Part shown: positions 18,942 through 28,154 of the stretch, in pieces
Layout: the number at the start of each line of letters is the position of its first letter
How positions within the stretch are numbered: position 1 is the stretch's first letter
Assembly (NCBI GenBank): GCA_964229195.1
Contig: CAXRAX010000009.1
Location: 2,145-66,144 of the forward strand
From: Chitinophagaceae bacterium
GTDB lineage: Bacteria > Bacteroidota > Bacteroidia > Chitinophagales > Chitinophagaceae
Reading direction: 5' to 3'
Length of the DNA stretch: 64,000 nt
Made by a program: the position numbers and the translations under genes
Notes under the pieces: model-generated
Told to the model about the DNA's origin: nothing
Databases searched by the model: none
Seen by the model: the letters and a program-made list of their open reading frames with translations, nothing else

Positions 18942-20771
18942 ATGTTCAGAACTCATACTTGTGGTGAATTGCGTGCCGGTCAGGTGGGACAAACCACTAC
19001 CCTCGCAGGCTGGGTACAGACCATCCGGAAATTCGGATCGATTACGTTCGTGGACTTGCGCGACCGCTATGGCATCACCCAACTATTGTTCAATGAGTCG
19101 CTGAACCCCGAGCTGGAGAAAAATCCCCTTGGAAGAGAATACGTACTACAAGTGGTGGGAACCGTTTGTGAGCGCAGCAACAAAAATCCCCAACTACCCA
19201 CCGGTGATATCGAGATCCTGGTGAGTTCCTTCAAGATTTTGAACACGGCCGCTACGCCTCCCTTCACCATTCAGGATGATACCGATGGCGGCGACGACCT
19301 GCGCATGCGGTATCGATACCTCGATCTTCGTCGGACTGCCATCCGAAAAAATCTCGAGCTCCGCTACGCCGTCAACCGCGCGGCTCGTAATTATCTGCAT
19401 CAACAGGGATTTTTGGACATCGAAACGCCGTTTCTGATCAAGTCCACCCCCGAAGGTGCCCGCGACTTTGTGGTTCCCTCCCGGATGAATCCCGGACAAT
19501 TCTACGCCCTCCCGCAATCGCCCCAAACCTTCAAGCAATTGCTGATGGTGAGTGGTTACGATCGCTACTATCAGATCGTGAAATGTTTTCGGGATGAGGA
19601 CCTACGTGCCGATCGTCAGCCTGAATTCACCCAGATCGACTGCGAGATGGCCTTTGTGGAGCAAGAAGATATCCTGCAAGTCTTTGAGGGATTGATCAAG
19701 AGCATTTTCAAGGAAGTAAAAGGAATCGATTATACCGAGACCGTACAGCGCATGAGTTGGGAAGAGGCGATGTGGACTTACGGAAACGATAAGCCCGACA
19801 TTCGCTTTGGCATGCAATTGCTGAATCTGAAAAAACCGGATTCGGTTTACCGCGATCGAAAAGCCTCGCCGGAACTGATCAACGGAGCCGATTTCAAGGT
19901 GTTTGACGAAGCAGAGACCGTCATTGCCCTGGCCGTACCCGGAGCGGCGGAGTACACGCGCAAGCAAACCGATGAATTGACCGAATGGGTAAAACGCCCC
20001 CAGATCGGCATGAAGGGATTGGTCTATGTCAAATGTCAGCCGGACGGACAGTTCAAAAGCTCCGTCGACAAATTCTATTCGGAAGAAAGGCTCAAAGCCA
20101 TCGCCAACGCCTGCGGCGCGCAAGCCGGTGACCTGATCCTGATCGTAGCCGGAGCCGAAGAGCGAACCCGCAAGGCGGCCAGTGAACTACGGCTGGAACT
20201 GGGAGAGCGACTGGGCCTGCGCAAACAAGATGAATTCAAATTGCTGTGGGTATTGGATTTCCCGCTTTTTGAATACGATGAGGAAGGCAATCGCTGGGTA
20301 GCCCGTCACCATCCGTTCACGGCACCCAAGCCCTCGCAATTGTCGACCATGATCGATAATGATCCCGTCATTACGGATGCGGCCAAATACCTCGATCACC
20401 CGTATGCACAGATCAAGGCCAATGCCTATGACATGGTGCTCAATGGAAATGAGATCGGAGGCGGTTCCATTCGCATTTATCAGCGGGAATTACAGGAGAA
20501 AATGTTTGCGGCACTGGGCATGGACAAAGCGGAACAGCAGCATAAGTTCGGCTTCTTGTTGGGCGCTTTTGAATACGGAGCGCCGCCGCACGGAGGGATC
20601 GCGTTTGGATTCGACCGTCTCTGTTCGATCCTCGGTGGCAGTGAAAGCATCCGCGATTTCATTGCTTTTCCGAAGAACAATGCCGGAAGGGATGTGATGC
20701 TGGATGCACCGTCGGCCATCGATGATAAACAACTGGATGAATTGCAGATCCGGTTGGACCTCAAAAAATGA
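18942..20771 (+). CDS. aspS: Aspartate--tRNA ligase
   Basis: [52 protein letters not shown] and GGGSIRI. Confidence 0.95.
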   Translation: MFRTHTCGELRAGQVGQTTTLAGWVQTIRKFGSITFVDLRDRYGITQLLFNESLNPELEKNPLGREYVLQVVGTVCERSNKNPQLPTGDIEILVSSFKILNTAATPPFTIQDDTDGGDDLRMRYRYLDLRRTAIRKNLELRYAVNRAARNYLHQQGFLDIETPFLIKSTPEGARDFVVPSRMNPGQFYALPQSPQTFKQLLMVSGYDRYYQIVKCFRDEDLRADRQPEFTQIDCEMAFVEQEDILQVFEGLIKSIFKEVKGIDYTETVQRMSWEEAMWTYGNDKPDIRFGMQLLNLKKPDSVYRDRKASPELINGADFKVFDEAETVIALAVPGAAEYTRKQTDELTEWVKRPQIGMKGLVYVKCQPDGQFKSSVDKFYSEERLKAIANACGAQAGDLILIVAGAEERTRKAASELRLELGERLGLRKQDEFKLLWVLDFPLFEYDEEGNRWVARHHPFTAPKPSQLSTMIDNDPVITDAAKYLDHPYAQIKANAYDMVLNGNEIGGGSIRIYQRELQEKMFAALGMDKAEQQHKFGFLLGAFEYGAPPHGGIAFGFDRLCSILGGSESIRDFIAFPKNNAGRDVMLDAPSAIDDKQLDELQIRLDLKK

Positions 20772-20773
20772 TC

Positions 20774-22831
20774 TTACTCGTTTAGCAAGCGATTGATCCG
20801 CTCCGCTACTTTCTGGGCGCTGGGCAGCATGGCTTTTTCCAATCCCATATTCATCGGTACGGCCGGTAGGTCGAGGGCCCCCATCACTTGAATCGGTGCA
20901 TCGAGTGAGGAAAAACAAGCTGGCGTGAGTTTACCGGCCAGCGATTGCAGGAAGGAATGGGATTCTTGTTCTTCGGTGAGCATCAAACATTTTCCGTGCA
21001 GGCGAATGCGGGCGATCAGCAGGTCTTCATCCACCGGTGCCAGGGTACGCAGGTCGATGATCTCGACCTGTCCGGGAAAATCCATCGCCGCTTCTTTGGC
21101 CCAATACACGCCCATGCCGTAGGTGATCACCAACAGCGTGTCACCGGCTTCGAGATAGTCGTCGTCGGCCACCAATACAACATTGGCTTTCCCCAGCGGT
21201 AAAATATAATCGGCATCGGGTTCGGGGGTGCGGGCCTCTTCGGTGCCGGGCACTTTGCTCCAGTAGAGTCCTTTGTGCTCGAGCATCACGACGGGATTGG
21301 GATCGTAGTAAGCAGCTTTCAGGAGTCCCTTCATATCGGCCGCATTCGACGGATACACCACCTTGATGCCTTTGATGGAGAGCAGGGTGCTTTCGACCGA
21401 GCCGCTGTGGTAGGGACCGCCACCGCCGTAGGCGCCGATGGGTACGCGCAGGATCATGGGCACGGGAAATTTTCCCATCGAGAGATAGCAGCTTTTGGAA
21501 AGTTCGGTGACGAGTTGATTGAGTCCGGGGTAGATATAATCGGCGAACTGCACTTCCACGATGGGACGAATGCCCACTGCTGCCATGCCGGCTGTGGAGC
21601 CTACGATATAGGCTTCTTGTATGGCGGTGTTGAATACGCGGTGATCGCCGAATTGATCGCCCAGGGTAGCGGCTTCGCGAAAAACGCCGCCCAAGCGTTT
21701 GCCCACGTCTTGTCCGTACAGGATCGCTTCGGGATGTTTTTGCATGAGTTCCCGGATGGCAAAAAGCGCGGCATCCACCATGATCACTTTTGATGCGTCG
21801 GGGGGATTTCGTTCGCCTTGTTCCTGCGTGATGGGGGTTGGGGCGAATACATGTTGGGAGACGGTGGCGGGATCGGGATCGGGGGCTTGCACGGCCCGGT
21901 CAAAATCCTCTTCGATGCGCCACTCTGCTTCGTTGCGAATATTTTCTAACTCCGAGGCAGGGATGCCGGCGGCCAGAAGTTTTCGTTGCAGTTTGAGGAA
22001 GGGATCGTGTGCGTGGTGTTTTTCGAGATCGGCTTCGTCGCGGTAAAATTCCTTTCGCACGCCGCTGGTGTGATGACCCAGCAGGGGCACGGCGGCATGC
22101 ACAAGGATGGGGGCGCGTTTTTCACGAACATATTGAACGGCCTCCTGCATAACGCGGTAGGAGGCTTCAAAATCGCTGCCGTCGACTTGCACGCGGTGCA
22201 TGCCTTTGAATCCGGCCGCGAATTCAAAGGCGTTCATGGCACGGGATTCTTCGGCGGTGACGCTGATGCCCCATTGATTGTCCTGCACCAAATACAAAAT
22301 AGGCAGTTGATGCAGCACGGCGGTTTGCCAGGCTTCGCTGACTTCTCCTTCCGTCACGCTGGCATCGCCGAGGGAGCAGACCACCACAGGTGAATCGTTC
22401 AGTACAGAATGGTGAGGGTCATGTTTTTCCCAATAACGGAGCCCGTGTGCGATGCCGGTCGTAGGGATCACTTGCATGCCAGTGGCACTGCTTTGGTGAA
22501 TGATGGTGGGTTTATCGGGACCGCGATAGTTGGGATGGGAATAGTATTCTCGGCCGCCGGTGAAGGGGTCTTCGCCTTTGGCGAGCAGTTGAAGCATGAG
22601 TTCGTAGGGGGAAAATTCGAGTCCGAGTAGCAAACTATCATCGCGGTAATAAGGACTTACATAATCGCCGGGATGTAGCTGGTAGGCGGTGGCGAGTTGG
22701 ATGGCTTCGTGTCCGCGCGCCGTGGCGTGTACGTATTTGCAGATGGATCGGTTCGCCTCGTATTTGCTGGCCATAGCGGAGAGCAGGGCCATGTGCCGGT
22801 AGGCACGGAGTTGTATGTCGGAGGCGAGCAT
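20774..22831 (-). CDS. Fused alpha/beta E1 component of a 2-oxoacid dehydrogenase (TPP-dependent)
   Basis: The alpha-like half carries the TPP motif (GDASVTEGEVSEAW). The beta-like half carries GQDVGKRLGGVFREA...FNTAIQEAYIVG. The ORF-track start 22852 is a TTG; the first ATG is at 22831. Confidence 0.85.
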   Translation of the reverse strand: MLASDIQLRAYRHMALLSAMASKYEANRSICKYVHATARGHEAIQLATAYQLHPGDYVSPYYRDDSLLLGLEFSPYELMLQLLAKGEDPFTGGREYYSHPNYRGPDKPTIIHQSSATGMQVIPTTGIAHGLRYWEKHDPHHSVLNDSPVVVCSLGDASVTEGEVSEAWQTAVLHQLPILYLVQDNQWGISVTAEESRAMNAFEFAAGFKGMHRVQVDGSDFEASYRVMQEAVQYVREKRAPILVHAAVPLLGHHTSGVRKEFYRDEADLEKHHAHDPFLKLQRKLLAAGIPASELENIRNEAEWRIEEDFDRAVQAPDPDPATVSQHVFAPTPITQEQGERNPPDASKVIMVDAALFAIRELMQKHPEAILYGQDVGKRLGGVFREAATLGDQFGDHRVFNTAIQEAYIVGSTAGMAAVGIRPIVEVQFADYIYPGLNQLVTELSKSCYLSMGKFPVPMILRVPIGAYGGGGPYHSGSVESTLLSIKGIKVVYPSNAADMKGLLKAAYYDPNPVVMLEHKGLYWSKVPGTEEARTPEPDADYILPLGKANVVLVADDDYLEAGDTLLVITYGMGVYWAKEAAMDFPGQVEIIDLRTLAPVDEDLLIARIRLHGKCLMLTEEQESHSFLQSLAGKLTPACFSSLDAPIQVMGALDLPAVPMNMGLEKAMLPSAQKVAERINRLLNE

Positions 22832-22881
22832 GTAGGCGATCGTTGCGGGCAAAAATACGCCGAGAATGGCGGCGTTGTTGC

Positions 22882-23493
22882 TTACTTGACCTCGAGTTTG
22901 AAAAGGGAATCGGAGCCAATGAATCCCTCCAGTATATCGCCGGGAACCACTTCGCCGACCCCGGCGGGGGTACCGGTATAGATGAGGTCGCCGATTTGCA
23001 GGGAGAAGTATTTGGAGATCTCGGAGACGATTCGGTTGAAGGGATAGATCATGAGGGCGGAGTCGCCATCTTGTACAGTTTGCCCGTCTTTTTGAAGGGA
23101 AAACAGAATGGAGGGTTTATCAGCAAAGGATTCAAACGGCAGCCAGGTGCCGAGGACGGCGGAATGATCCCAAGCTTTGGCTTTTTCCCAGGGAAGTCCT
23201 TTTGATTTGAGTTCCTGTTGAATATCCCTTGCCGTGAAATCAATGCCAACGGTGATGGCATCGTAATAGTCTGCAGCTTGTCGCTCCGACACGTATCGTC
23301 CGTTCTTGCTCACCCGCAACACCAGTTCGCATTCGTAATGGAGTTCGTTGGTGAATTCGGGATAATGGAAAAGAGTGCCGGTGGGCAGCAGGGCCGACTT
23401 GGGTTTGAGGAAGATGACGGGTTCTTCGGGGACTTCGTTTCCCAATTCTTTGGCGTGGGCGGCATAGTTTCGGCCGATGCAGAAGATCTTCAT
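22882..23493 (-). CDS. Fumarylacetoacetate hydrolase family protein
   Basis: 203 aa with KIFCIGRNYAAHAKELG, YECELV and GDLIYTGTPAGVG. Confidence 0.85.
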   Translation of the reverse strand: MKIFCIGRNYAAHAKELGNEVPEEPVIFLKPKSALLPTGTLFHYPEFTNELHYECELVLRVSKNGRYVSERQAADYYDAITVGIDFTARDIQQELKSKGLPWEKAKAWDHSAVLGTWLPFESFADKPSILFSLQKDGQTVQDGDSALMIYPFNRIVSEISKYFSLQIGDLIYTGTPAGVGEVVPGDILEGFIGSDSLFKLEVK

Positions 23494-23505
23494 AATAAAG
23501 CGTCG

Positions 23506-24084
23506 TTAGGGAAGGGTGTAGCGTTGTTGATTGAGTTGGCTCATGACGGCGGAGAATCCTTGTTGGAAGACGGATTCCAGGACGCCCACGGAAGCCTCGA
23601 TCTTGAGTTTGACGAGGGGTTCTTCTTCTTTTTTCCAATGGCTGAGTACAAAGTCGGCTTGCATGCCTTTGGGAAAATCGTTTCCAATACCGAAGCGGAG
23701 TCGGGCGTATTGGGTGGTGCCGAGGGATTCCTGGATGCTGCGTAGTCCGTTGTGGCCGGCGTCGCTTCCGGCGGTGCGCAGACGCAGTTGATCGAGCGGG
23801 AGGGCCAGGTCATCGACGATCACCAGGATGTTTTCGAGGGGTATGTTTTCTTTCTCGATCCAGTATTTGACGGCTTTGCCGCTCAGGTTCATGAAGGTGG
23901 TGGGACAGACGCAGATGTACATCTTTCCTTTCCATTTGATCTCGGACACGTAGGCCAGTCGGTCGGTTCGGAAGTTGCCCCCGTGTTTTTGTACGAAGGC
24001 GTTGACCACATCAAAGCCGATGTTGTGGCGGGTGTGGGCGTATTCGTTGCCTGCGTTACCTAAACCGACGATCAGGTATTTCAT
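23506..24084 (-). CDS. pth: Peptidyl-tRNA hydrolase
   Basis: MKYLIVGLGNAGNEYAHTRHNIGF and GHNGLRSI. The ORF-track start at 24093 is a TTG; the ATG is at 24084. Confidence 0.93.
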   Translation of the reverse strand: MKYLIVGLGNAGNEYAHTRHNIGFDVVNAFVQKHGGNFRTDRLAYVSEIKWKGKMYICVCPTTFMNLSGKAVKYWIEKENIPLENILVIVDDLALPLDQLRLRTAGSDAGHNGLRSIQESLGTTQYARLRFGIGNDFPKGMQADFVLSHWKKEEEPLVKLKIEASVGVLESVFQQGFSAVMSQLNQQRYTLP

Positions 24085-24110
24085 TGGGTTCAAGTTACTC
24101 GATTCGGCAT

Positions 24111-24142
24111 AAAAAGACCCGCATCCGGTGGGGTGCGGGTCT
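24111..24142 (-). terminator. Rho-independent terminator after rplY (minus strand)
   Basis: Stem agacccgca (24115-24123) / tgcgggtct (24134-24142). On the minus strand the hairpin is followed directly by TTTTT. Confidence 0.65.
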
Positions 24143-24162
24143 GAAAGTTTTTAGAGAAGCGA

Positions 24163-24786
24163 TTATTTTTTCGCAGCCGGGGCAGCAGCGGCGGCGGCCG
24201 GAGCGGCAGCAGCGGCCGGGGCGGCGGCTTCTTCTTGTTTGAGCTGACGGGTCAGAACGACGGAGGCGATGGGGATGCGGGGAGAGTTGAGGATCTCATA
24301 GTTCTCCACCTGTACATCTTCTACGCGGATGTTGCCGTTCAGTTCCAGGTTATCGATGGCGACATCGATCTTTTCCCGGAGGAATTTGGGGTAGGTTTTC
24401 ACCTTGAGGGACTTCATCTTGGTGATGAGTTTTCCGCCGTCTTTTACGCCTTTGGAGGCGCCGGTGAAGTGAAGGGGAATGTCGGCTACGACTTTCTTGT
24501 CCTCCACGAGTTCCAGCAGGTCGATGTGGGTGAGTGTGTCGGTCACCTTGTCGAATTGCAGGTCCTTCATGATGGTCCGATAGGTTTGTCCGTCTACTTT
24601 CACTTCGGCGATCTGGAAGTTGGGGGTGTAGACCAACTTTTTGAATGCGGCGGCCGGTGCGTGAAAATGGACCTCTTTTGCACCCCCGTAAATTACACCG
24701 GGCACCAGGTCCTGAGAGCGGAGTTGACGGGTGGCTGACTTGCCAAATCCGGTCCTCAGTTGTCCTTCGATGGTAATCGTGTTCAT
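24163..24786 (-). CDS. rplY: 50S ribosomal protein L25 / general stress protein Ctc
   Basis: MNTITIEGQLRTGFGKSATRQLRSQDLVPGVIYG, with an Ala/Pro-rich C-terminal tail. Confidence 0.9.
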   Translation of the reverse strand: MNTITIEGQLRTGFGKSATRQLRSQDLVPGVIYGGAKEVHFHAPAAAFKKLVYTPNFQIAEVKVDGQTYRTIMKDLQFDKVTDTLTHIDLLELVEDKKVVADIPLHFTGASKGVKDGGKLITKMKSLKVKTYPKFLREKIDVAIDNLELNGNIRVEDVQVENYEILNSPRIPIASVVLTRQLKQEEAAAPAAAAAPAAAAAAPAAKK

Positions 24787-24804
24787 GGTATCTGAGTTAA
24801 TGGT

Positions 24805-25752
24805 TTACTTTCCTCGCCGCTGCGAATGAATGAAGAGACTGGTGATGCTCTTGTTTTCAAACGCGTTGCGGATGGCCACCGCGAAGAGTTCAGCGACGGA
24901 GAGTACTTTCAGTTTCGGACTCTCTTGTCGGAGTGGGATGGTGTTACAGACTACCACTTCCTCCAACACGCTGTTCTCAATGTTCTCGTAGGCCTTGCCG
25001 CTGAGCACCGGATGGGTGATCAGCGCCCTGACCGAACGGGCTCCCTTGTCTTTGAGCATCCCGGCGCTTTTGGCCAGGGTGCCTCCGGTGTCGCAGATGT
25101 CGTCGATGATGACTACATCGCGGTCGGTAACGTCTCCAATGACCACCATGCTGGCGATCTCATTGGCCCGTTTCCGGTGTTTATCGCAGATGACCATTTC
25201 GGCGTTGAAATAGCTGGCGATCTCCCGGATCCGGTTGGTAGCCCCTACGTCGGGGGCGGCAAAGGTAAGGTTTTCCAGCTTCAGATTCTCGAGATAAGGG
25301 ATGAAAACGGCGTGGCTGTCGAGGTGGTCGACCGGAATGTCAAAATACCCCTGGATCTGGGGGGCGTGTAGGTCCATGGTCACGACCCGGTCGGCTCCGG
25401 CGGCCACTAACATATTGGCGATCAGCTTACTGCCGATGGCTACGCGGGGGCGGTCTTTACGGTCCTGTCGCGCATACCCATAGTAGGGAATAACGGCGAT
25501 GACCTTGTAGGCGGAGGCCCTGCGGGCGGCATCGATCATCAGGAGCAGTTCCATGAGGTTTTCGGCCGGGGAAAAGGTGCTTTGGACGAGGAAGACATAG
25601 TCGCCTCGAACACTTTCCATGAAAATGGGGCTGATCTCCCCGTCGCTGAATCGTTGGATGTTGACTTGTCCGAGGTGTGTTCCGTAGGAGGCACAGATCT
25701 GCTTGGCCAGCTCCTGTGATCCGGTGCCCGCGAATATTTTGGCTTTTTGCAT
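24805..25752 (-). CDS. prs: Ribose-phosphate pyrophosphokinase
   Basis: The internal ATG at 25752 gives MQKAKIFAGTGSQELAKQI. Other motifs: YYGYARQDRK and VVIIDDICDTGGTL. Confidence 0.93.
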   Translation of the reverse strand: MQKAKIFAGTGSQELAKQICASYGTHLGQVNIQRFSDGEISPIFMESVRGDYVFLVQSTFSPAENLMELLLMIDAARRASAYKVIAVIPYYGYARQDRKDRPRVAIGSKLIANMLVAAGADRVVTMDLHAPQIQGYFDIPVDHLDSHAVFIPYLENLKLENLTFAAPDVGATNRIREIASYFNAEMVICDKHRKRANEIASMVVIGDVTDRDVVIIDDICDTGGTLAKSAGMLKDKGARSVRALITHPVLSGKAYENIENSVLEEVVVCNTIPLRQESPKLKVLSVAELFAVAIRNAFENKSITSLFIHSQRRGK

Positions 25753-25782
25753 GTAGGGGGAATTGTGTGGCGAAGATAATCT

Positions 25783-26493
25783 ATGTATTTGCTTGGCATA
25801 AGGCCTGTGCATAACGATTTGTGGCATGGGCAAGGGCCGTTGGCGGATGTATACTTGGGGATGATGGAAATGGAAAAACTGGGGTTGGGGGCCGATGGTT
25901 TGGCTTCTACCCCGCAATTATTGGAGCGGATCCTGGGCACCTCGAAGGGAGCTCAGAAATTATGGGAGTTCGTGGAGGGCGATCTGGGCCGGTTGGCCAC
26001 GATGGACCCGGAGGAGCTCATGCAGGTGCGGGGGTTGGGAGGAGAGCGGGCGGGGAGGTTATTGGCGGCCTGGGAGTTGGGGCGCCGGTTATCAACTTTT
26101 CGGGCGGGGCAGGTGCGGACCCCGCTGCAGTCTTCCTCGGAGGCTGCCCGGTACTTGCAGGCGCAGATCGGGTATTTGGATCACGAGGTGTTTTGTGTGC
26201 TGTATTTGAATCGGGCACTTCGGCTGATCCGGTTGGAGCGGGTGAGTCAGGGCGGCATTACGGGTACGGTGGCCGATCCGCGGATCATTTTTCGAAGGGC
26301 TTTATCGCTTCGGGCGGTGAGTTTGATCTTGGGTCACAATCACCCCTCGGGGGCCTTGCATCCCAGTGACGCCGACCGCGAACTCACCGAGAAGATCCGC
26401 CGCGCGGCGGAGTATTTTGATATGACCGTACACGATCATTTGATCGTGAGTGGGGAGGGGTATTACAGTTTTGCGGACGAGGGAATACTATAG
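25783..26493 (+). CDS. radC: RadC-family JAB/MPN domain protein
   Basis: JAMM motif LGHNHPSGALHPSDADRELT and HhH-like LMQVRGLGGERAGRLLAAWELGRR. The start is uncertain (alternative Met at 25861). Confidence 0.85.
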   Translation: MYLLGIRPVHNDLWHGQGPLADVYLGMMEMEKLGLGADGLASTPQLLERILGTSKGAQKLWEFVEGDLGRLATMDPEELMQVRGLGGERAGRLLAAWELGRRLSTFRAGQVRTPLQSSSEAARYLQAQIGYLDHEVFCVLYLNRALRLIRLERVSQGGITGTVADPRIIFRRALSLRAVSLILGHNHPSGALHPSDADRELTEKIRRAAEYFDMTVHDHLIVSGEGYYSFADEGIL

Positions 26494-26535
26494 TTTGAAT
26501 AGTTTGAGAAGTTTGAAGAGTTTAAAAGTTAAAAA
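26494..26535. repeat. Left arm of the inverted repeat flanking four-helix-bundle gene 2 (degenerate GTTTGARRA tandem units)
   Basis: agtttgaat agtttgagaa gtttgaagag tttaaaagtt, starting immediately after the radC TAG. 26501-26515 is perfectly complementary to 26941-26955. Confidence 0.8.
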
Positions 26536-26543
26536 GCGATCAT

Positions 26544-26933
26544 ATGGGCACGATCAGAGAGTTGGAGGAATTGAAAGTCTGGCAGAAAGCAAGGACATTG
26601 AATAAAAGAGTTTTTGAATTGACTGGATTACCGGTTTTCAAATATGAGTTTTCGTTACGAGAGCAGATGCGCCGTTCGGCGGGCTCCGTGATGGATAATA
26701 TTGCGGAGGGATTTGGCCGGATGGGCAATCGAGAGTTTATCAATTTTTTGCTGATTGCCCATGGGTCATTGATGGAGGTTCGCTCACAGCTAAACCGCTG
26801 CCATGACCAAGCCTTCATTTCACCAGTCACACACGATGAAATAATGCCGCTAACCCGAGAAATTGGACGAATGATCTACAGCATGATACAATACCTCAAA
26901 AAATCAGAAAAAACCGGTCAGCGATTTCGCTAA
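26544..26933 (+). CDS. Four-helix-bundle protein (23S rRNA intervening-sequence protein / Avd-like family), second copy
   Basis: 129 aa. LKVWQKARTL...QMRRSAGSVMDNIAEG...EFINFLLIAHGSLMEV is the same signature as 2342-2695. Confidence 0.85.
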   Translation: MGTIRELEELKVWQKARTLNKRVFELTGLPVFKYEFSLREQMRRSAGSVMDNIAEGFGRMGNREFINFLLIAHGSLMEVRSQLNRCHDQAFISPVTHDEIMPLTREIGRMIYSMIQYLKKSEKTGQRFR

Positions 26934-26987
26934 AAACTCCCAAACTTCTCAAACTCCCAAACTCTCAAACTCCCAAACTCTCAAACT
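26934..26987. repeat. Right arm of the inverted repeat flanking four-helix-bundle gene 2
   Basis: It begins right after the TAA stop codon. It contains the exact 16-nt tandem AAACTCCCAAACTCTC twice (26951-26966, 26967-26982), and CAAACTTCTCAAACT is complementary to the left arm. Confidence 0.8.
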
Positions 26988-27020
26988 GGCGCAGGCGCAG
27001 CCTGCGCCTACGCCTGCGCG
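26988..27020. terminator. GC-rich multi-register palindrome between convergent genes (possible bidirectional terminator or REP-like element)
   Basis: GCGCAGGCG 26989-26997 pairs with CGCCTGCGC 27011-27019. An alternative inner pairing is GCGCAG/CTGCGC. There is no T-run, and it overlaps the last codons of the DUF3467 gene. Confidence 0.4.
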
Positions 27021-27325
27021 GTCGGTCCTCCAAAATTCAACGGCAACTGTATCTCTTCAATATCCTGTATCGGTCCGTGTGCAGATTCAAACTTCTGGAT
27101 GTTCTCCGTGAGTGCCCGCATGAGTCGCTTGGCGTGCTGGGGGGTAAGGATGAGGCGCGATTTAACCTTACTCTTGGGCGTACCGGGCATCACGTTCACA
27201 AAATCGATCACGAACTCGGCATGCGAATGAGTGATGATGGCCAAGTTGGCATATTGTCCTTCGGCGACCTCCTCGGAGATCTCGATGTTCAACTGATTGG
27301 GGGCAGGGGGATTGTTCTCTTGCAT
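27008..27325 (-). CDS. DUF3467 domain-containing protein
   Basis: 105 aa. NLAIITHSHAEFVIDFVNVMPGTPKSKVKSRLILTPQHAKRL matches my memory of the DUF3467 family. Confidence 0.75.
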   Translation of the reverse strand: MQENNPPAPNQLNIEISEEVAEGQYANLAIITHSHAEFVIDFVNVMPGTPKSKVKSRLILTPQHAKRLMRALTENIQKFESAHGPIQDIEEIQLPLNFGGPTAQA

Positions 27326-27327
27326 GA

Positions 27328-28053
27328 TTATTGATTGATAAGGGAAATAGCTTGTGTCAGGGCCTGATCGGGATTCAGGTTGTACGCATCCGACGTAAAT
27401 ACCGCCGATACATTGCCAAAGGCCGTGAGTTCCTTCAGCAGACTATTATAACTGTTCTTTACTTTTTTAAGCATACGAGTGGAAGCGTTGTAAATGAAAT
27501 AATCGTACAACAGATCGAACTGACGAAGCTCCGATTGTACATAGTTGCTGGACACATACCCTACATCGGCTTTGTAACGCTTGTACACACCGGCCTTGGG
27601 TCCGATCACCATTTCCAGGAAATAAGCCTTTTCGGAGGATCCCAGGTGCTTGCCAAATACGAAACGCATGTTCTGGGTGAGTCCCACCGACTGATTGGCT
27701 AAAAACACAAATGAGTCAACCTCGCCGGGCGCCTTGACCAGTGGCTTACCGGGATTGGAGGGTGAAACAAACTCCACTTCCTGGCTATAGGTATTGTACC
27801 CCAGCTGAATATTAACAGCGGTGGCATCGGAAGAATAAATATTCCCTTTGTTACGCTCCCCAAACAAATAAGAAGTACCGATCACCCGGTAGGTCCCGAT
27901 CAATTTATACATCCCCTCCCCTGTCTGCTCACGCAACAATCGGTTGTGATTCAATACTGGATCCACCCAGCCAGCCGTGGGTGTGATCAGCCCCTGAGCA
28001 TACACTCCAGCGGCCAGCAGCAGGACGAAAAGGGTGAGTACAAGCTGTTTCAT
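27328..28053 (-). CDS. Hypothetical secreted protein
   Basis: 241 aa with the signal peptide MKQLVLTLFVLLLAAGVYAQ. I recognise no family. Confidence 0.65.
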   Translation of the reverse strand: MKQLVLTLFVLLLAAGVYAQGLITPTAGWVDPVLNHNRLLREQTGEGMYKLIGTYRVIGTSYLFGERNKGNIYSSDATAVNIQLGYNTYSQEVEFVSPSNPGKPLVKAPGEVDSFVFLANQSVGLTQNMRFVFGKHLGSSEKAYFLEMVIGPKAGVYKRYKADVGYVSSNYVQSELRQFDLLYDYFIYNASTRMLKKVKNSYNSLLKELTAFGNVSAVFTSDAYNLNPDQALTQAISLINQ

Positions 28054-28066
28054 AGGTCGATTTTTT

Positions 28067-28074
28067 CAAAGGTA
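28067..28074 (-). promoter_or_regulatory. Candidate -7 box TACCTTTG upstream of 27328-28053
   Basis: The reverse complement of CAAAGGTA is a perfect TAnnTTTG, 13 nt before the ATG at 28053 and just downstream of the Sus-locus terminator. Confidence 0.4.
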
Positions 28075-28102
28075 AACAAATGGATTTTGGGTTTTGGGGG
28101 AA

Positions 28103-28134
28103 TAAAAAAAGGGATTGTTAAACAATCCCTTTTG
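28103..28134 (-). terminator. Rho-independent terminator ending the Sus-like operon (minus strand)
   Basis: gggattg ttaaa caatccc hairpin. On the minus strand it is followed by a run of 7 T. Confidence 0.75.
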
Positions 28135-28154
28135 AAAATTTTATTGAACCTCGC

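Noticed and set aside
24163-24235. Ala/Pro-rich GC-rich low-complexity stretch at the 3' end of rplY as a possible independent repeat element
   Set aside because: It is in frame and encodes the C-terminal tail of L25/Ctc (AAAPAAAAAPAAAAAAPAAKK). Such low-complexity tails are plausible for this protein, and nothing indicates a separate element.
26934-26987. CRISPR-like array from the tandem AAACTCCCAAACTCTC units
   Set aside because: There are only two contiguous 16-nt units with no spacers, and no cas genes. This is a simple tandem repeat forming one arm of an inverted repeat.
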